From the NCBI GenBank assembly GCA_963715275.1, contig CAVQSF010000033.1:16004-80003 (forward strand): a stretch of DNA of 64,000 nt. Direction: 5' to 3'. Position 1 is the stretch's first letter; the number at the start of each line of letters is the position of its first letter. Below the pieces are notes generated by a model. The model saw only the letters and a list, made by a program, of their open reading frames with translations. It was not told the origin of the DNA and ran no database searches. Source of the DNA: an uncultured Planctomycetaceae bacterium (GTDB lineage: Bacteria > Planctomycetota > Planctomycetia > Pirellulales > Pirellulaceae). The position numbers were made by a program, and so were the translations under genes. Shown piece after piece: positions 1 to 9,223 of this stretch.

Positions 1-625
1 TTACGAGGCTTTCATTCGCATCGTCGACTCCATGTTTAGCCAGCATGCCAAGTGGTTGAAGGTGACCCTGGAACTTCCCTGGCGGCGCAAGATCGCGTCG
101 CTGAACTATCTGCTCGCCTCGCATGTTTGGCAGCAGGATCACAACGGCTTCACCCACCAGGACCCTGGCTTTCTCGACCATGTGATCAACAAGAAGGCCG
201 ACATTGTCAGGTGCTACCTTCCGCCCGACGCCAACTGTCTGCTATCAGTGTTCGACTACTGTCTCCGCAGCCGTCATTATGTCAATGTCGTCGTAGCGGG
301 AAAGCACGCGTTGCCTCAATGGCTGACCATGGACGAAGCGATTGTGCATTGCACCGAAGGCGTCGGCATCTGGCAGTGGGCGAGCAACGACCAGAATGTC
401 GAGCCAGATGTGGTAATGGCTTGCTGTGGTAACACTCCGACGCTGGAGGTTTTGGCGGCCGTTTCGATTCTGCGCGAAACTCTGCCCGATTTGAAGATTC
501 GCGTGATCAACGTCGTCGATCTGATGAAGCTGCAATCGGCGAGTGAACACCCGCATGGACTGAGCGAAACGGATTACAATTGCTGTTCACCCAGGACAAG
601 CACATCGTCTTTGGCTTCCATGGTT
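1..625 (+). pseudogene. xfp: Phosphoketolase (XFP) C-terminal part; frameshifted near 580 and truncated by deletion
   Basis: [56 protein letters not shown]; the shifted frame gives [14 protein letters not shown], then the gene breaks off. Confidence 0.85.
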
Positions 626-1507
626 AAGCGGTTTGAGGCGCAAGGCATTCCGCAGACCGAAGAACGTCGTCGGGCGTATCGAGAACTCATCGTCACGACA
701 ACTGGGCTGAGCGATTGTATCAGCGGTGCGATCTTGTACGACGAAACGATCCGTCAGCGGTTGTCCAACGGAACTTCGTTTGCCAAAGCGGTCGCCGCGG
801 CCGGTATCATTCCGGGTATCAAAGTGGATAGCGGTGCCAAGGATCTAGCCGCTCATCCGGGAGAGAAGATCACCGAGGGACTGGACGGGCTGCGCGACCG
901 ACTGGCGGAATATGCACAAATGGGAGCTCGCTTTGCCAAGTGGCGAGCGGTGATCGCTATCGGCGATTCGCTTCCAAGTCGCGGTTGCATCGCAGCCAAC
1001 GCGCACGCCCTGGCACGCTATTCGGCACTGTGCCAGGAATCGGGGTTGGTTCCCATCGTCGAGCCGGAAGTCATCATGGATGGCTCGCATACTCTTCAAC
1101 GATGCGCGGAGGCAACGCAGCAAGTTTTGCGAACGGTCTTCGAGCAACTTAACGCTTAAGGCATCGTACTGGAAGGCATGATTCTCAAACCCAATATGAT
1201 ACTGCCAGGTTTGACGTGTCCAGAACAACCTGGTTTGGAAGAAGTCGCCGCAGCCACAGTGGACTGCTTGCAGCGAACCGTTCCTGCGGCGGTACCTGGG
1301 ATCGCATTCTTGTCAGGCGGCCAGTCTGCTGAACTTGCTTCGGCAAGATTAAATGCCATCAACGTTCGATCTAACTCGCGAGCGCCTTGGGCGCTGACAT
1401 TCTCGTTCGCGCGAGCAATTCAACAACCGGCTTTGGAGATCTGGTGCGGCGACGACGCCAATGTCGAGGCTGCACAAGAGGCGCTGATTCATCGAGCCCG
1501 TTGCAAC
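626..1507 (+). pseudogene. fba: Class I fructose-bisphosphate aldolase; lacks N-terminus, in-frame TAA at 1157-1159, C-terminus truncated
   Basis: [77 protein letters not shown]. Confidence 0.85.
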
Positions 1508-1765
1508 TTTGTGAACAAGGTGAAATGCGTCCAGTCGTTCCCGTTTGGGATGAGGCACAGCCCACATCACGTGAGCGGCTGATTGATTGCCAACATTTCG
1601 GAGTGTGGCGACTCCACGCAAAATCTCCCATAACGGTTGGTACCGAAGATGCGCCACGCGTGCTGGTGTGCATCGAAGGCGAAGGCAAAATCGAGCACGT
1701 TGGTGATACCTACGCGATCAGCCAGGGCGATGTGCTGCTTTTGCCCGCGGTGGTTGGCAAGTGTT
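1508..1765 (+). pseudogene. C-terminal cupin fragment, mannose-6-phosphate isomerase class I-like
   Basis: RERLIDCQHFGVWRL...RVLVCIEGEGKIEH..TYAISQGDVLLLPAVVG; no start codon or N-terminal domains. Confidence 0.55.
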
Positions 1766-2069
1766 GGTGCCTCATTGCCCGAAGCCAAAAAGCTAGCTCG
1801 GCACGCGTCTGTGCAGATGACCATGAAATATGCCCACATCGGTATTGAAGACCAGGCCAAGGCCTTGGCGGCTCTACCCTTTCCTGCTGCTGACAATTGG
1901 CAGGGTATTGGCAAGAAGCCGGGCGTCTTTGATGGTCAGCAGCCGTCACCAGCTGGCACCGAGAAACACAACAACAAGCCCAGACAAAAACGAAAAAACC
2001 CTTGCAAAAGCAAGGGTTTTGACGCTTCCAGTCAGTCGGTGTCACCAGATGACGCCGATGGTCCAAAAG
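1766..2069 (+). mobile_element. Tyrosine integrase C-terminal remnant and att-proximal end of an island integrated at the tmRNA 3' end
   Basis: GASLPEAKKLARHASVQMTMKYAH matches the recombinase box II (His...Tyr) motif; abuts the ssrA 3' end. Confidence 0.75.
1995..2020. terminator. Perfect hairpin AAAACCCTTGC-AAAA-GCAAGGGTTTT; likely terminator for tmRNA supplied by the island end
   Basis: 11-bp perfect inverted repeat with A/T tails, 50 bp past the ssrA 3' end. Confidence 0.55.
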
Positions 2070-2427
2070 TGGAGGCGGCGGGAATCGAACCCGCGTCCCG
2101 CGATATTTCCATGAAAGCCTCTACGTGCGTAGCTGATTGTTTGGGTCTCGCTCGGTTAGTCGCCTATCAGCAAGGCTACTACTCAAGCCAGCTAGGAGCT
2201 TTTTTTAGTTCACTACGTGCCTAGCACGGTAATAAACGATCCGGAATTGCAACTGACAGTCGGGCGTCTCCGGCGGACCCCCTCAGTCAGGACAACCTTA
2301 TTTAGGCTGCCATTGCTAGATTTGCATCTGCAACTAAATTTTTTAGTCAGCTTTTAACGTGGCCAACTGACCAACCACGGCACGCCACCCTCACTTCTAA
2401 CTACCCGGTCGAATCCATTTCGCCCCC
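2070..2427 (-). ncRNA. ssrA: tmRNA; tag reading frame 2331-2302 encodes ADANLAMAA*
   Basis: Minus strand 5' GGGGGCGAAATGGATTCGAC; 3' GGACGCGGGTTCGATTCCCGCCGCCTCCA (T-arm plus Ala acceptor stem with G-U); resume context TTAGTT|GCA; tag ends LAMAA. Confidence 0.95.
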
Positions 2428-2487
2428 GTTGAAAATAATCTATTCTCGCTGCCCAAGTGACACCTTGCCAAAAAAGTAACACAGTGC

Positions 2488-2832
2488 CTATGTGACACCG
2501 GCTCCAAAACGAAGCACTTTCTGTGCCGAACTCTCGAAGGTCAGATGTGCTGCATGGTCGGTGAACCCGTTGTCGATTTGACAAGCTAAATGCTCTAAGC
2601 CGTGCGTAGACAGTGTGTTTATTGTCGGTTCAATTGGGGCAACAGGCAAGCTATTATCCTGCTCAGCCTCAAAAAATGTGAAGATCGCGTTAACCGGCGG
2701 GCGAGTGTTGTCCTGTCCGTCAGACACAATCTGAACTCGAAAAACTCCTCTGCCAGGATATTGGGTTTCTTCGATCTCCAGTCCAGTTGAAACCGCTGAC
2801 GTTCGGTTCGACGAAACGATATAATTCGACAT
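2488..2832 (-). CDS. Hypothetical 114-aa protein
   Basis: ATG-started ORF filling the ssrA-modA gap; no recognisable motif. Confidence 0.3.
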   Translation of the reverse strand: MSNYIVSSNRTSAVSTGLEIEETQYPGRGVFRVQIVSDGQDNTRPPVNAIFTFFEAEQDNSLPVAPIEPTINTLSTHGLEHLACQIDNGFTDHAAHLTFESSAQKVLRFGAGVT

Positions 2833-2882
2833 ACTTCATTCGGTCACGCGACCATGGGCATCAGTTTTTTGGGGGACAAGTT

Positions 2883-4490
2883 ATGACACGTACGCTACTG
2901 GCTGTCATCGGTTCATTTGTGCTGCTAGGTGCCATGATCTTCATGCTGGCCAGCGGAGACAAGAAGCGACTAAGCCCAGCGTCTGGAGCGGAATTGGAAC
3001 CCATCGTACTATTTTGTGCAGCCAGCAACCGCGCTGTTATGGAGGAGATTCGGTCCGAGTACGAAGCTGAATTTGGTCGCGAAGTTCAGATTCAATACGG
3101 GCCGTCACAGACGCTCTTAAGCCAAGTGGAGGTAGGCGGCACGGGGGATCTTTACCTGCCAGCCGACGATAGCTACCTCAAGGTCGGTCGAGAAAAGGAG
3201 CTGATTGCGGAAGTCCTGCCAATTGCCAAGATGCAAGGCGTCATTGCGGTTCAAAAGGATAACCCCAAACATATCACCAAGTTGGAAGACCTGTTACGTG
3301 AAGACGTGCAATTCGCACAAGCGAACCCAGATGCTGCGGCGATCGGCAAATTAACGCGCGATGTGCTGCAAGCACAATCCAAATGGGACACTGTGGACGA
3401 GGCTACCGACGCCTATCGGACCACGGTGACGGACGTCGCGAACGATCTGCTGGTAGGTGCCGCGGATGCAGGGATCGTGTTCGATGCAGTGTTGCACACC
3501 TATCCGCAATTGAGCTTTGTTGAGATTCCGGAGTTGGCGGACGCCAATGCTCAGATCTCCGTCGGGGTGCTAAAGTCTTCAAAACAACCGACCGTAGCGC
3601 TGCACTTTGCACGCTACGTGTCTGCCCGAGATCGCGGGTTAGTTCACTATGCTGAGCAGGGCTTTCGCGCGACGGACGGAGATGAATGGGCAGATGTGCC
3701 CAAGCTAGCCATCTTCGCGGGCTCGATGCTCCGACCTGCCATCGAAGACACGATCGTAGCATTTGAAGAGCGGGAAGGCATAGAAGTCAGCCGAGTGTAT
3801 AACGGCTGTGGAATTCTATTGAGTCAAATGGAGGCGGGTGAAATCCCAGATGCTTTTTTTGCTTGTGATACCGAGTTCATGGACCAGGTCACGGATCTTT
3901 TTCCCGAGCCGATACCGGTCTCGCAAAACCAGCTGGTCATTCTGGTTGCCAAAGGCAACCCCCACCAGATCGCGAGCCTGAGAGACTTGACCAAACAAGG
4001 CTTACGCGTCGGCATTGGACACGAAAAGCAATGTGCGATGGGATGGATAACGCAAAACACCTTTCGAGAAGGTGGCATTCAGGAGGAAGTGATGGCCAAC
4101 GTTACCGTGCAAACTCCCACCGGTGACATGCTGGTAAATCAAATGCGAACAGGCTCCCTGGACGCGGCGGTGGTCTACCTTAGTAACGCTGCCGGCGCAG
4201 CGGATGTGTTGGACGCGATTCAGATTCAAGGACTTCAGTGTTCTGTCGCGACACAACCCTGGGCGGTACGCAAGGAGTCTAAGCATCCGCAGCTGGCCGG
4301 TCGATTGTTTGAAAAGATCTGTTCCGTCGAAAGCCAGGAAACGTTCGCTGCCGAAGGCTTTGGTTGGAAACTGGGGCAGCCGACTTCCTCTGCGGCGAGT
4401 TCTTCAAACACTGTGACTTCTTCAAACGCAGTGACTTCTTCAAACACAGTGACTTCTTCAAATGCAGCGAAGGCCGACGTTGCTCAGTAG
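2883..4490 (+). CDS. modA: Molybdate ABC substrate-binding protein with two tandem ModA-like domains and an N-terminal membrane anchor
   Basis: Domain 1 FCAASNR...YGPSQTLLSQ...DLYLPAD; domain 2 FAGSMLR...YNGCGILLSQ...DAFFACD; upstream of modB/modC. Confidence 0.85.
   Translation: MTRTLLAVIGSFVLLGAMIFMLASGDKKRLSPASGAELEPIVLFCAASNRAVMEEIRSEYEAEFGREVQIQYGPSQTLLSQVEVGGTGDLYLPADDSYLKVGREKELIAEVLPIAKMQGVIAVQKDNPKHITKLEDLLREDVQFAQANPDAAAIGKLTRDVLQAQSKWDTVDEATDAYRTTVTDVANDLLVGAADAGIVFDAVLHTYPQLSFVEIPELADANAQISVGVLKSSKQPTVALHFARYVSARDRGLVHYAEQGFRATDGDEWADVPKLAIFAGSMLRPAIEDTIVAFEEREGIEVSRVYNGCGILLSQMEAGEIPDAFFACDTEFMDQVTDLFPEPIPVSQNQLVILVAKGNPHQIASLRDLTKQGLRVGIGHEKQCAMGWITQNTFREGGIQEEVMANVTVQTPTGDMLVNQMRTGSLDAAVVYLSNAAGAADVLDAIQIQGLQCSVATQPWAVRKESKHPQLAGRLFEKICSVESQETFAAEGFGWKLGQPTSSAASSSNTVTSSNAVTSSNTVTSSNAAKADVAQ
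4401..4470 (+). repeat. 18-bp tandem repeat x~4 (SSNTVT/SSNAVT) in the modA 3' end
   Basis: TCTTCAAAC(A/G)C(T/A)GTGACT units. Confidence 0.9.
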
Positions 4491-4565
4491 CCGCTATTCC
4501 TAGTTGGGCAGCCGACTTGCCACAGCGAATTCTCCAGCTCGGCACCCGTCGTGGAATGGGTCACA

Positions 4566-5036
4566 TCATTTACCAGCGTGCTGCGCGAACCAAGCGTGGC
4601 CGCGGCGCTGCAGTTCCTCTTCGGATAGATCCTCGATGTGCGTGGCGATGCCCCACTGATAACCAAACGGATCCTCAAGTTTTCCGTAGCGGTCGCCCCA
4701 GAAGGCGTCCATGACGGGATACAACTCTTTGCATCCGGCATCCATGGCTCGTTGAAAGACTTCGTCCACGTTTTCTACATACAAATGGATTGATGCGGGA
4801 GAACCGCCCAGAGTCTCGGCGGAATTGTTGCCCCATCGTGGATTCTCCTGACTGAGCAGGATGGACGAATTCCCAATCCGTATTTCCGCGTGCATGACCG
4901 ATCCATCGGGAGCTGTCAAGCATGCGCCACCCTCGGCTCCGAAGGCTTTACGGTAAAAATCCATCGTTTTTAACGCGTCCTTCACGACCAGGTACACACT
5001 CACTGAATTGAAGTCTTGAGGTATTGGATTAACCAT
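4566..5036 (-). CDS. VOC/glyoxalase (PhnB-like) protein
   Basis: MVNPIPQDFNSVSVYLVVKDA, MHAEIRIGNS, DAFWGDRYGKLEDPFGYQWGIA; RBS AGGAG upstream. Confidence 0.85.
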   Translation of the reverse strand: MVNPIPQDFNSVSVYLVVKDALKTMDFYRKAFGAEGGACLTAPDGSVMHAEIRIGNSSILLSQENPRWGNNSAETLGGSPASIHLYVENVDEVFQRAMDAGCKELYPVMDAFWGDRYGKLEDPFGYQWGIATHIEDLSEEELQRRGHAWFAQHAGK

Positions 5037-5271
5037 GCTGACTGCTCCTGAACTGTAAAAGAGAAAGGACTGATTGTTGTAAAGTTTTGTCCTTGATGGC
5101 TCGCTGCGCGGTTTGTTTGTCAGGCTGGAACAGATTGGGCTACGCGATTCCGCTTGATTTAGTCTGGGACTGACGGGGCTACGTGGCGAGAACATGATCC
5201 TCAGGTATGATGTGGTGCTGAAAAAATAACTGGTTCATTAGTTACTGAAGCATGGTTCGGATCAAAGACAC

Positions 5272-6141
5272 GTGACGTCCAGCGTGACAAAATCGGTGAG
5301 CGTAATAAAACCGGTTAGCCCCCCTTCCAACCTCGGCGATACGGTGTTCTTCCTGATCATGGGAGGATTGTCGGCGTCTTTCATTCTACTCATTGTACTG
5401 ATGCTGGCCGCGGACCTGGCATTTACGTCGCCAAAGCACTTTCGCGAAGCGCTGGTCAAACCGGAGATTCAAGCTGCATTCCGGCTAACGTTGCTATCCT
5501 GCACTGCTTCCGCAATTCTCTCGCTGTGGGTGGCCACGCCACTTGGATATTTGCTTGCCCGGTACCGCTTTCCGGGACGCTGGTTGGTCGACACGCTCGT
5601 CGATATTCCCATCGTGCTGCCGCCCTTGGTGTTGGGTCTAAGTCTGCTAATCATGTTTCATCTGCCGATCGTGCCGTTCGGAGGCTGGGAGCTGGAAGCC
5701 TGGCTGCGTGATGATGTTGGCTTCCCGGTTACCTATCAATGGCCAGCAGTAATCCTGGCACAATTCTCGGTTTCCTGCGCCTTTGCAGTGCGAACGATGC
5801 GGGTAACGTTCGATCAGATTAACCCCAGGGCCGAAGACGTGGCCAGAACGCTGGGTTGCAACCGAGGCCAAGCCTTTGTGCTGGTAGCCCTGCCACAAGC
5901 CTGGCGCGGAATGATCGCAGCTACCACCATTGCGTGGGCTCGGGCGTTGGGCGAATTCGGACCGATCCTGGTATTTGCGGGTGCCACGCGGTTCAGGACG
6001 GAGGTCTTGTCCACGACCGTGTTCCTGGAATTGAGTATTGGACAACTGGATGCAGCGGTGGCAGTCTCTTTGTTGATGGTAGCCATGGCCATGTTGGTCC
6101 TGTTGATCTTGCGCGGTATCGGTGCGGGGCTAACGTCGTGA
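5272..6141 (+). CDS. modB: Molybdate ABC permease
   Basis: DIPIVLPPLVLG, EAA loop EDVARTLG, AWARALGEFGP. Confidence 0.88.
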   Translation: MTSSVTKSVSVIKPVSPPSNLGDTVFFLIMGGLSASFILLIVLMLAADLAFTSPKHFREALVKPEIQAAFRLTLLSCTASAILSLWVATPLGYLLARYRFPGRWLVDTLVDIPIVLPPLVLGLSLLIMFHLPIVPFGGWELEAWLRDDVGFPVTYQWPAVILAQFSVSCAFAVRTMRVTFDQINPRAEDVARTLGCNRGQAFVLVALPQAWRGMIAATTIAWARALGEFGPILVFAGATRFRTEVLSTTVFLELSIGQLDAAVAVSLLMVAMAMLVLLILRGIGAGLTS

Positions 6142-6788
6142 TCGAACTGCGCAGCGTGGACGTCGATATTGGCAGTTATTCGCTCCGAAATATTTCGTTC
6201 GCGATCGACTCTGGCAAGTACGCGGTGTTGATGGGCCGCACCGGCATTGGCAAGACCACAATCCTGGAGGTCATTTGCGGGCTGCGGGCACCGGCCTCGG
6301 GCGCCGTGCTGCTGGACGGCGTAGAGGTCACCGCTTGGCCGCCTGCCAATCGCAACATTGCCTATGTGCCGCAGGATTTGGCGCTGTTTCCCACATTCAC
6401 CGTTCGTGAACATCTGGAGTTTGCGATGAAGCTCAGAAAATCGCCCCGCAAGACGATGGCCGATCGGGTATCACAGCTATCCGAGGAACTCGGGATTGGT
6501 CACCTGTTGCGGCGGCGAGTTCAGGGCCTGAGCGGCGGCGAATCGCAGCGTGTAGCACTTGGGCGGGCGTTGTCCTTCGGGCCTTCACTGCTTTTGCTGG
6601 ACGAGCCTTTGAGTGCGTTGGATGCAGAAACTCGCAACGATACCCAGGATTTGCTCAAGCGTATCAATGAGACGGAAAGAGTAACCGTGCTGCACGTCAC
6701 TCACAACCAACACGAGGCAGATGTACTGGCCGATCAATGCTTGCGTTTCGCCAAGGACGCCAAGACCGGGACGGTGACTCTCGAGTAA
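6138..6788 (+). CDS. modC: Molybdate ABC ATP-binding protein (short, no TOBE domain)
   Basis: GRTGIGKT, LSGGESQR, LLLDEP; GTGA overlap with modB. Confidence 0.8.
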   Translation: MIELRSVDVDIGSYSLRNISFAIDSGKYAVLMGRTGIGKTTILEVICGLRAPASGAVLLDGVEVTAWPPANRNIAYVPQDLALFPTFTVREHLEFAMKLRKSPRKTMADRVSQLSEELGIGHLLRRRVQGLSGGESQRVALGRALSFGPSLLLLDEPLSALDAETRNDTQDLLKRINETERVTVLHVTHNQHEADVLADQCLRFAKDAKTGTVTLE

Positions 6789-6835
6789 GGCGTTGGGCAG
6801 GTAGGAACTTACCCTTTCCGCATAGCATCCGAGCC

Positions 6836-6914
6836 GAAAAGGGGAGCAGGCACCGATGGGCAGCGATCTACGTGGGCTTGGATCACTATTGTCATCGGAG
6901 CCAGTCCCCTTTTC
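6836..6914. repeat. Palindromic element of the GAAAAGGGGA..AGGCAC / GAGCCAGTCCCCTTTTC family, copy 1
   Basis: Long imperfect inverted repeat between convergent genes; related copies near 33669 and 44703. Confidence 0.7.
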
Positions 6915-6934
6915 CAGCCAACGAATAATCCGGG

Positions 6935-7966
6935 CTAGCGAGGGGAGGGGCATGTCAACGAATCGGCGCGAGGTGCATTCACATCCACTACCTGAATACT
7001 GTGGACGGCCTCGGGGATTGGGATCGACGGAGACTTGGGCGCGACAGGAGCTCTGCGACCCCGCAAACCGGCGACCACCAATCCGATAGCTGTCAGCAAG
7101 AGTCCCAGGCCAATACTGTGGCTGATTATCTCGTGGAATAATAGCCAGCCCAAGATAGCTGCCAACGCCGCCTGGGACGCATTCAGCATCTGCACATAAA
7201 GCACCGTGACATGCTGCAACGACTTCGCCATGGCAAAGAATGCCAGCGCATTAAGAATGCCTGCCGCCAACATCGTAGACAAATCAGCTACCGGTGTGGA
7301 CAGCATGGCTGGCAAACCAGCTTGTGCCAGCGACCAGGCGGTCAGCAAACACGTGCCGACGGAGCTGAGAACGAACAAGGTCGACGCCAGCGGCATGCCT
7401 CGTTGCATGCTGCGCCGCATCATAGTTCCTAACCAAGCGTAGGCTAGTCCGGCCGCGATGTTGCCGGCCAGAGCCAGTAACACTTCCGAGCCATGTGTCT
7501 CCACGGGACCAGCCACTCCGCCCGTGCGTTCGGCTCCGTAGCTGAGAGCGATTGAAGCGAGAATGAGAATGGCGATGGCGAGCGTCTTCTGCCTGCCGAC
7601 GGGTTCCTCCAGTACTAGACGTCCAATGAAAGCAGCTCCGACTAGCATGGTGCACAATACCAAGGGGACCGAAATCGCCAGCCCTAAGACTCCCAATGAC
7701 CACTGAAAAGCCACATTGCCAAAAATCTGAACGATAAACGCCGTGGCAATCAGCCAAGCGATATCCTGACCAGATGTAAACAAGCGGTGACCTCGCCTTT
7801 TCAGGTGCAACACCATGGGACACACCAACAGCAGCGTGGGCAGCGCCTTGAAGACTGAAACCAAAACAGCGTCGACATGTACGACTTGCCGCAAGCACAC
7901 ATTGGTAGCGGAGTAGAGGAGGGCAGACGCAAGGCCACAAACAACGCCCACAGTGGCTTTCGACAT
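6935..7966 (-). CDS. DMT/EamA family transporter
   Basis: About 10 hydrophobic helices in two EamA-like halves (LEEPVG; LFHEII). Confidence 0.8.
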   Translation of the reverse strand: MSKATVGVVCGLASALLYSATNVCLRQVVHVDAVLVSVFKALPTLLLVCPMVLHLKRRGHRLFTSGQDIAWLIATAFIVQIFGNVAFQWSLGVLGLAISVPLVLCTMLVGAAFIGRLVLEEPVGRQKTLAIAILILASIALSYGAERTGGVAGPVETHGSEVLLALAGNIAAGLAYAWLGTMMRRSMQRGMPLASTLFVLSSVGTCLLTAWSLAQAGLPAMLSTPVADLSTMLAAGILNALAFFAMAKSLQHVTVLYVQMLNASQAALAAILGWLLFHEIISHSIGLGLLLTAIGLVVAGLRGRRAPVAPKSPSIPIPEAVHSIQVVDVNAPRADSLTCPSPR

Positions 7967-8118
7967 GAGTACTGGTTTTCCGGTGGTGGCCGCTCGCCGC
8001 TCGGCTTAGAAGTGGATCACGAACGCGTTTGAACGTCAGGTCGCAGCCATGATACGCAAATATCCCACAGCGACCAGTCGCGAGTTCCGCTGCCTTGAGC
8101 ACCATTCGGGCAACGGCT

Positions 8119-8394
8119 CTAACCGCCGGCTAGGGCCGGGATGATCAAGACTTCATCGCTTGAACCGAGCGGTGTGTCGAGTCCCTGCAAGTCGCGCACG
8201 CTCTGTTCTTGCAAGAAAACGTTGACAAAGCTTTGCAATTCGCCGGAATCATCGAGCAGGCGAGGTCGCAATTCTGGGTAGCGACCGACCAGCTTGTCCA
8301 GCGCTTCGCCCACGGTCGAGGCGAATACTTCAACCAGAGCTTGTTCGCCTGCCAGCGAACGCATGTTGGCGGGAATACGAATATTTACGGTCAT
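8119..8394 (-). CDS. MoaD/ThiS ubiquitin-like sulfur carrier
   Basis: 91 aa, FVNVFL, ends IIPALAGG (di-glycine); ATGA-coupled to the upstream E1-like gene. Confidence 0.9.
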   Translation of the reverse strand: MTVNIRIPANMRSLAGEQALVEVFASTVGEALDKLVGRYPELRPRLLDDSGELQSFVNVFLQEQSVRDLQGLDTPLGSSDEVLIIPALAGG

Positions 8395-9188
8395 TGCGTT
8401 AAATCGCTCCGCCTGGAGTCGGTAACGGAAACCGAACCGAGCCCGACGCAGGTCTGGCAGTCATCGCTGCGTGATATCTTAAGCGTGTGAAAGTCCATTT
8501 CTCTTAAGTCGAATTTAAGCAATCTGCCTATGAGTGGCTGGCCGATTCTAGCTATCAATTTGATCGCTTCCATGGCGGCCATGCAAGCCACAGTACCTGA
8601 CACAGCACCAAATACGGGGAACTCGCGTGTCCAACTTGGCGGCTTCTCGGGGAATAAACATCGCAGGCATGGAGATTCTCCCGGCACGATCGTTGTCAGC
8701 TGAGCTTCGAGTTCGTACATAGCACATTCCACCATGGGCTTATTCTGTGCCACGGCTGCATCATTCATGGCAAAGCGTTCCGGGAATAACGGAGCGCAGT
8801 CTACCACCACGTCGCACTGTTCGACCAGCTCACCCGCGTTCTGGGCATTCACATTTTCGGGAACTGCCACGATCTCAAGCCGGGGATTTAACTCGAATAG
8901 TCTGCGCCGAATCGAATCAATACGTGGCTTGCCAAGTTGATCGTAGGTCATCAACAATTGCCGGTTCAAGTCGCTGTGTTTCACATTTCCAGCGTGAGCC
9001 AGCACCAGCTTGCCGATTCCGGCGGCGGCCAATTGGTATGCGACCAGTCCGCCCACACCACCGACTCTGGAAATCAGTACGCTGGCGGCCTTTAGTCTTT
9101 CCTGGCCGGCAACTCCGAAATCGGGGACCCACATTTGCCATTCATAGGTCGCTTTTTCTTCGTCGGTTAACCCCGATATTTTTTTCAT
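8391..9188 (-). CDS. HesA/MoeB/ThiF adenylyltransferase, HesA-like, no rhodanese domain
   Basis: GQERLKAASVL..VGGVGG, LAHAGNVKHSDLNRQ, Zn pairs CLRC and CQTC. Confidence 0.88.
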   Translation of the reverse strand: MKKISGLTDEEKATYEWQMWVPDFGVAGQERLKAASVLISRVGGVGGLVAYQLAAAGIGKLVLAHAGNVKHSDLNRQLLMTYDQLGKPRIDSIRRRLFELNPRLEIVAVPENVNAQNAGELVEQCDVVVDCAPLFPERFAMNDAAVAQNKPMVECAMYELEAQLTTIVPGESPCLRCLFPEKPPSWTREFPVFGAVSGTVACMAAMEAIKLIARIGQPLIGRLLKFDLREMDFHTLKISRSDDCQTCVGLGSVSVTDSRRSDLTQ

Positions 9189-9223
9189 TTGAAAGGAAGA
9201 GCAAGGAGAAGGGAGCAGTAAAT

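Noticed and set aside
32-1159. Novel phosphoketolase-aldolase fusion enzyme
   Set aside because: Both halves are truncated, joined via a frameshifted linker, and the aldolase has a nonsense codon; it is a deletion relic
2070-2100. tRNA gene
   Set aside because: The T-arm and acceptor belong to the tmRNA; its 5' end and tag frame lie 230-350 bp away
2430-2882. Moco riboswitch or ModE box upstream of modA
   Set aside because: No recognisable consensus by eye; an Rfam scan would be needed
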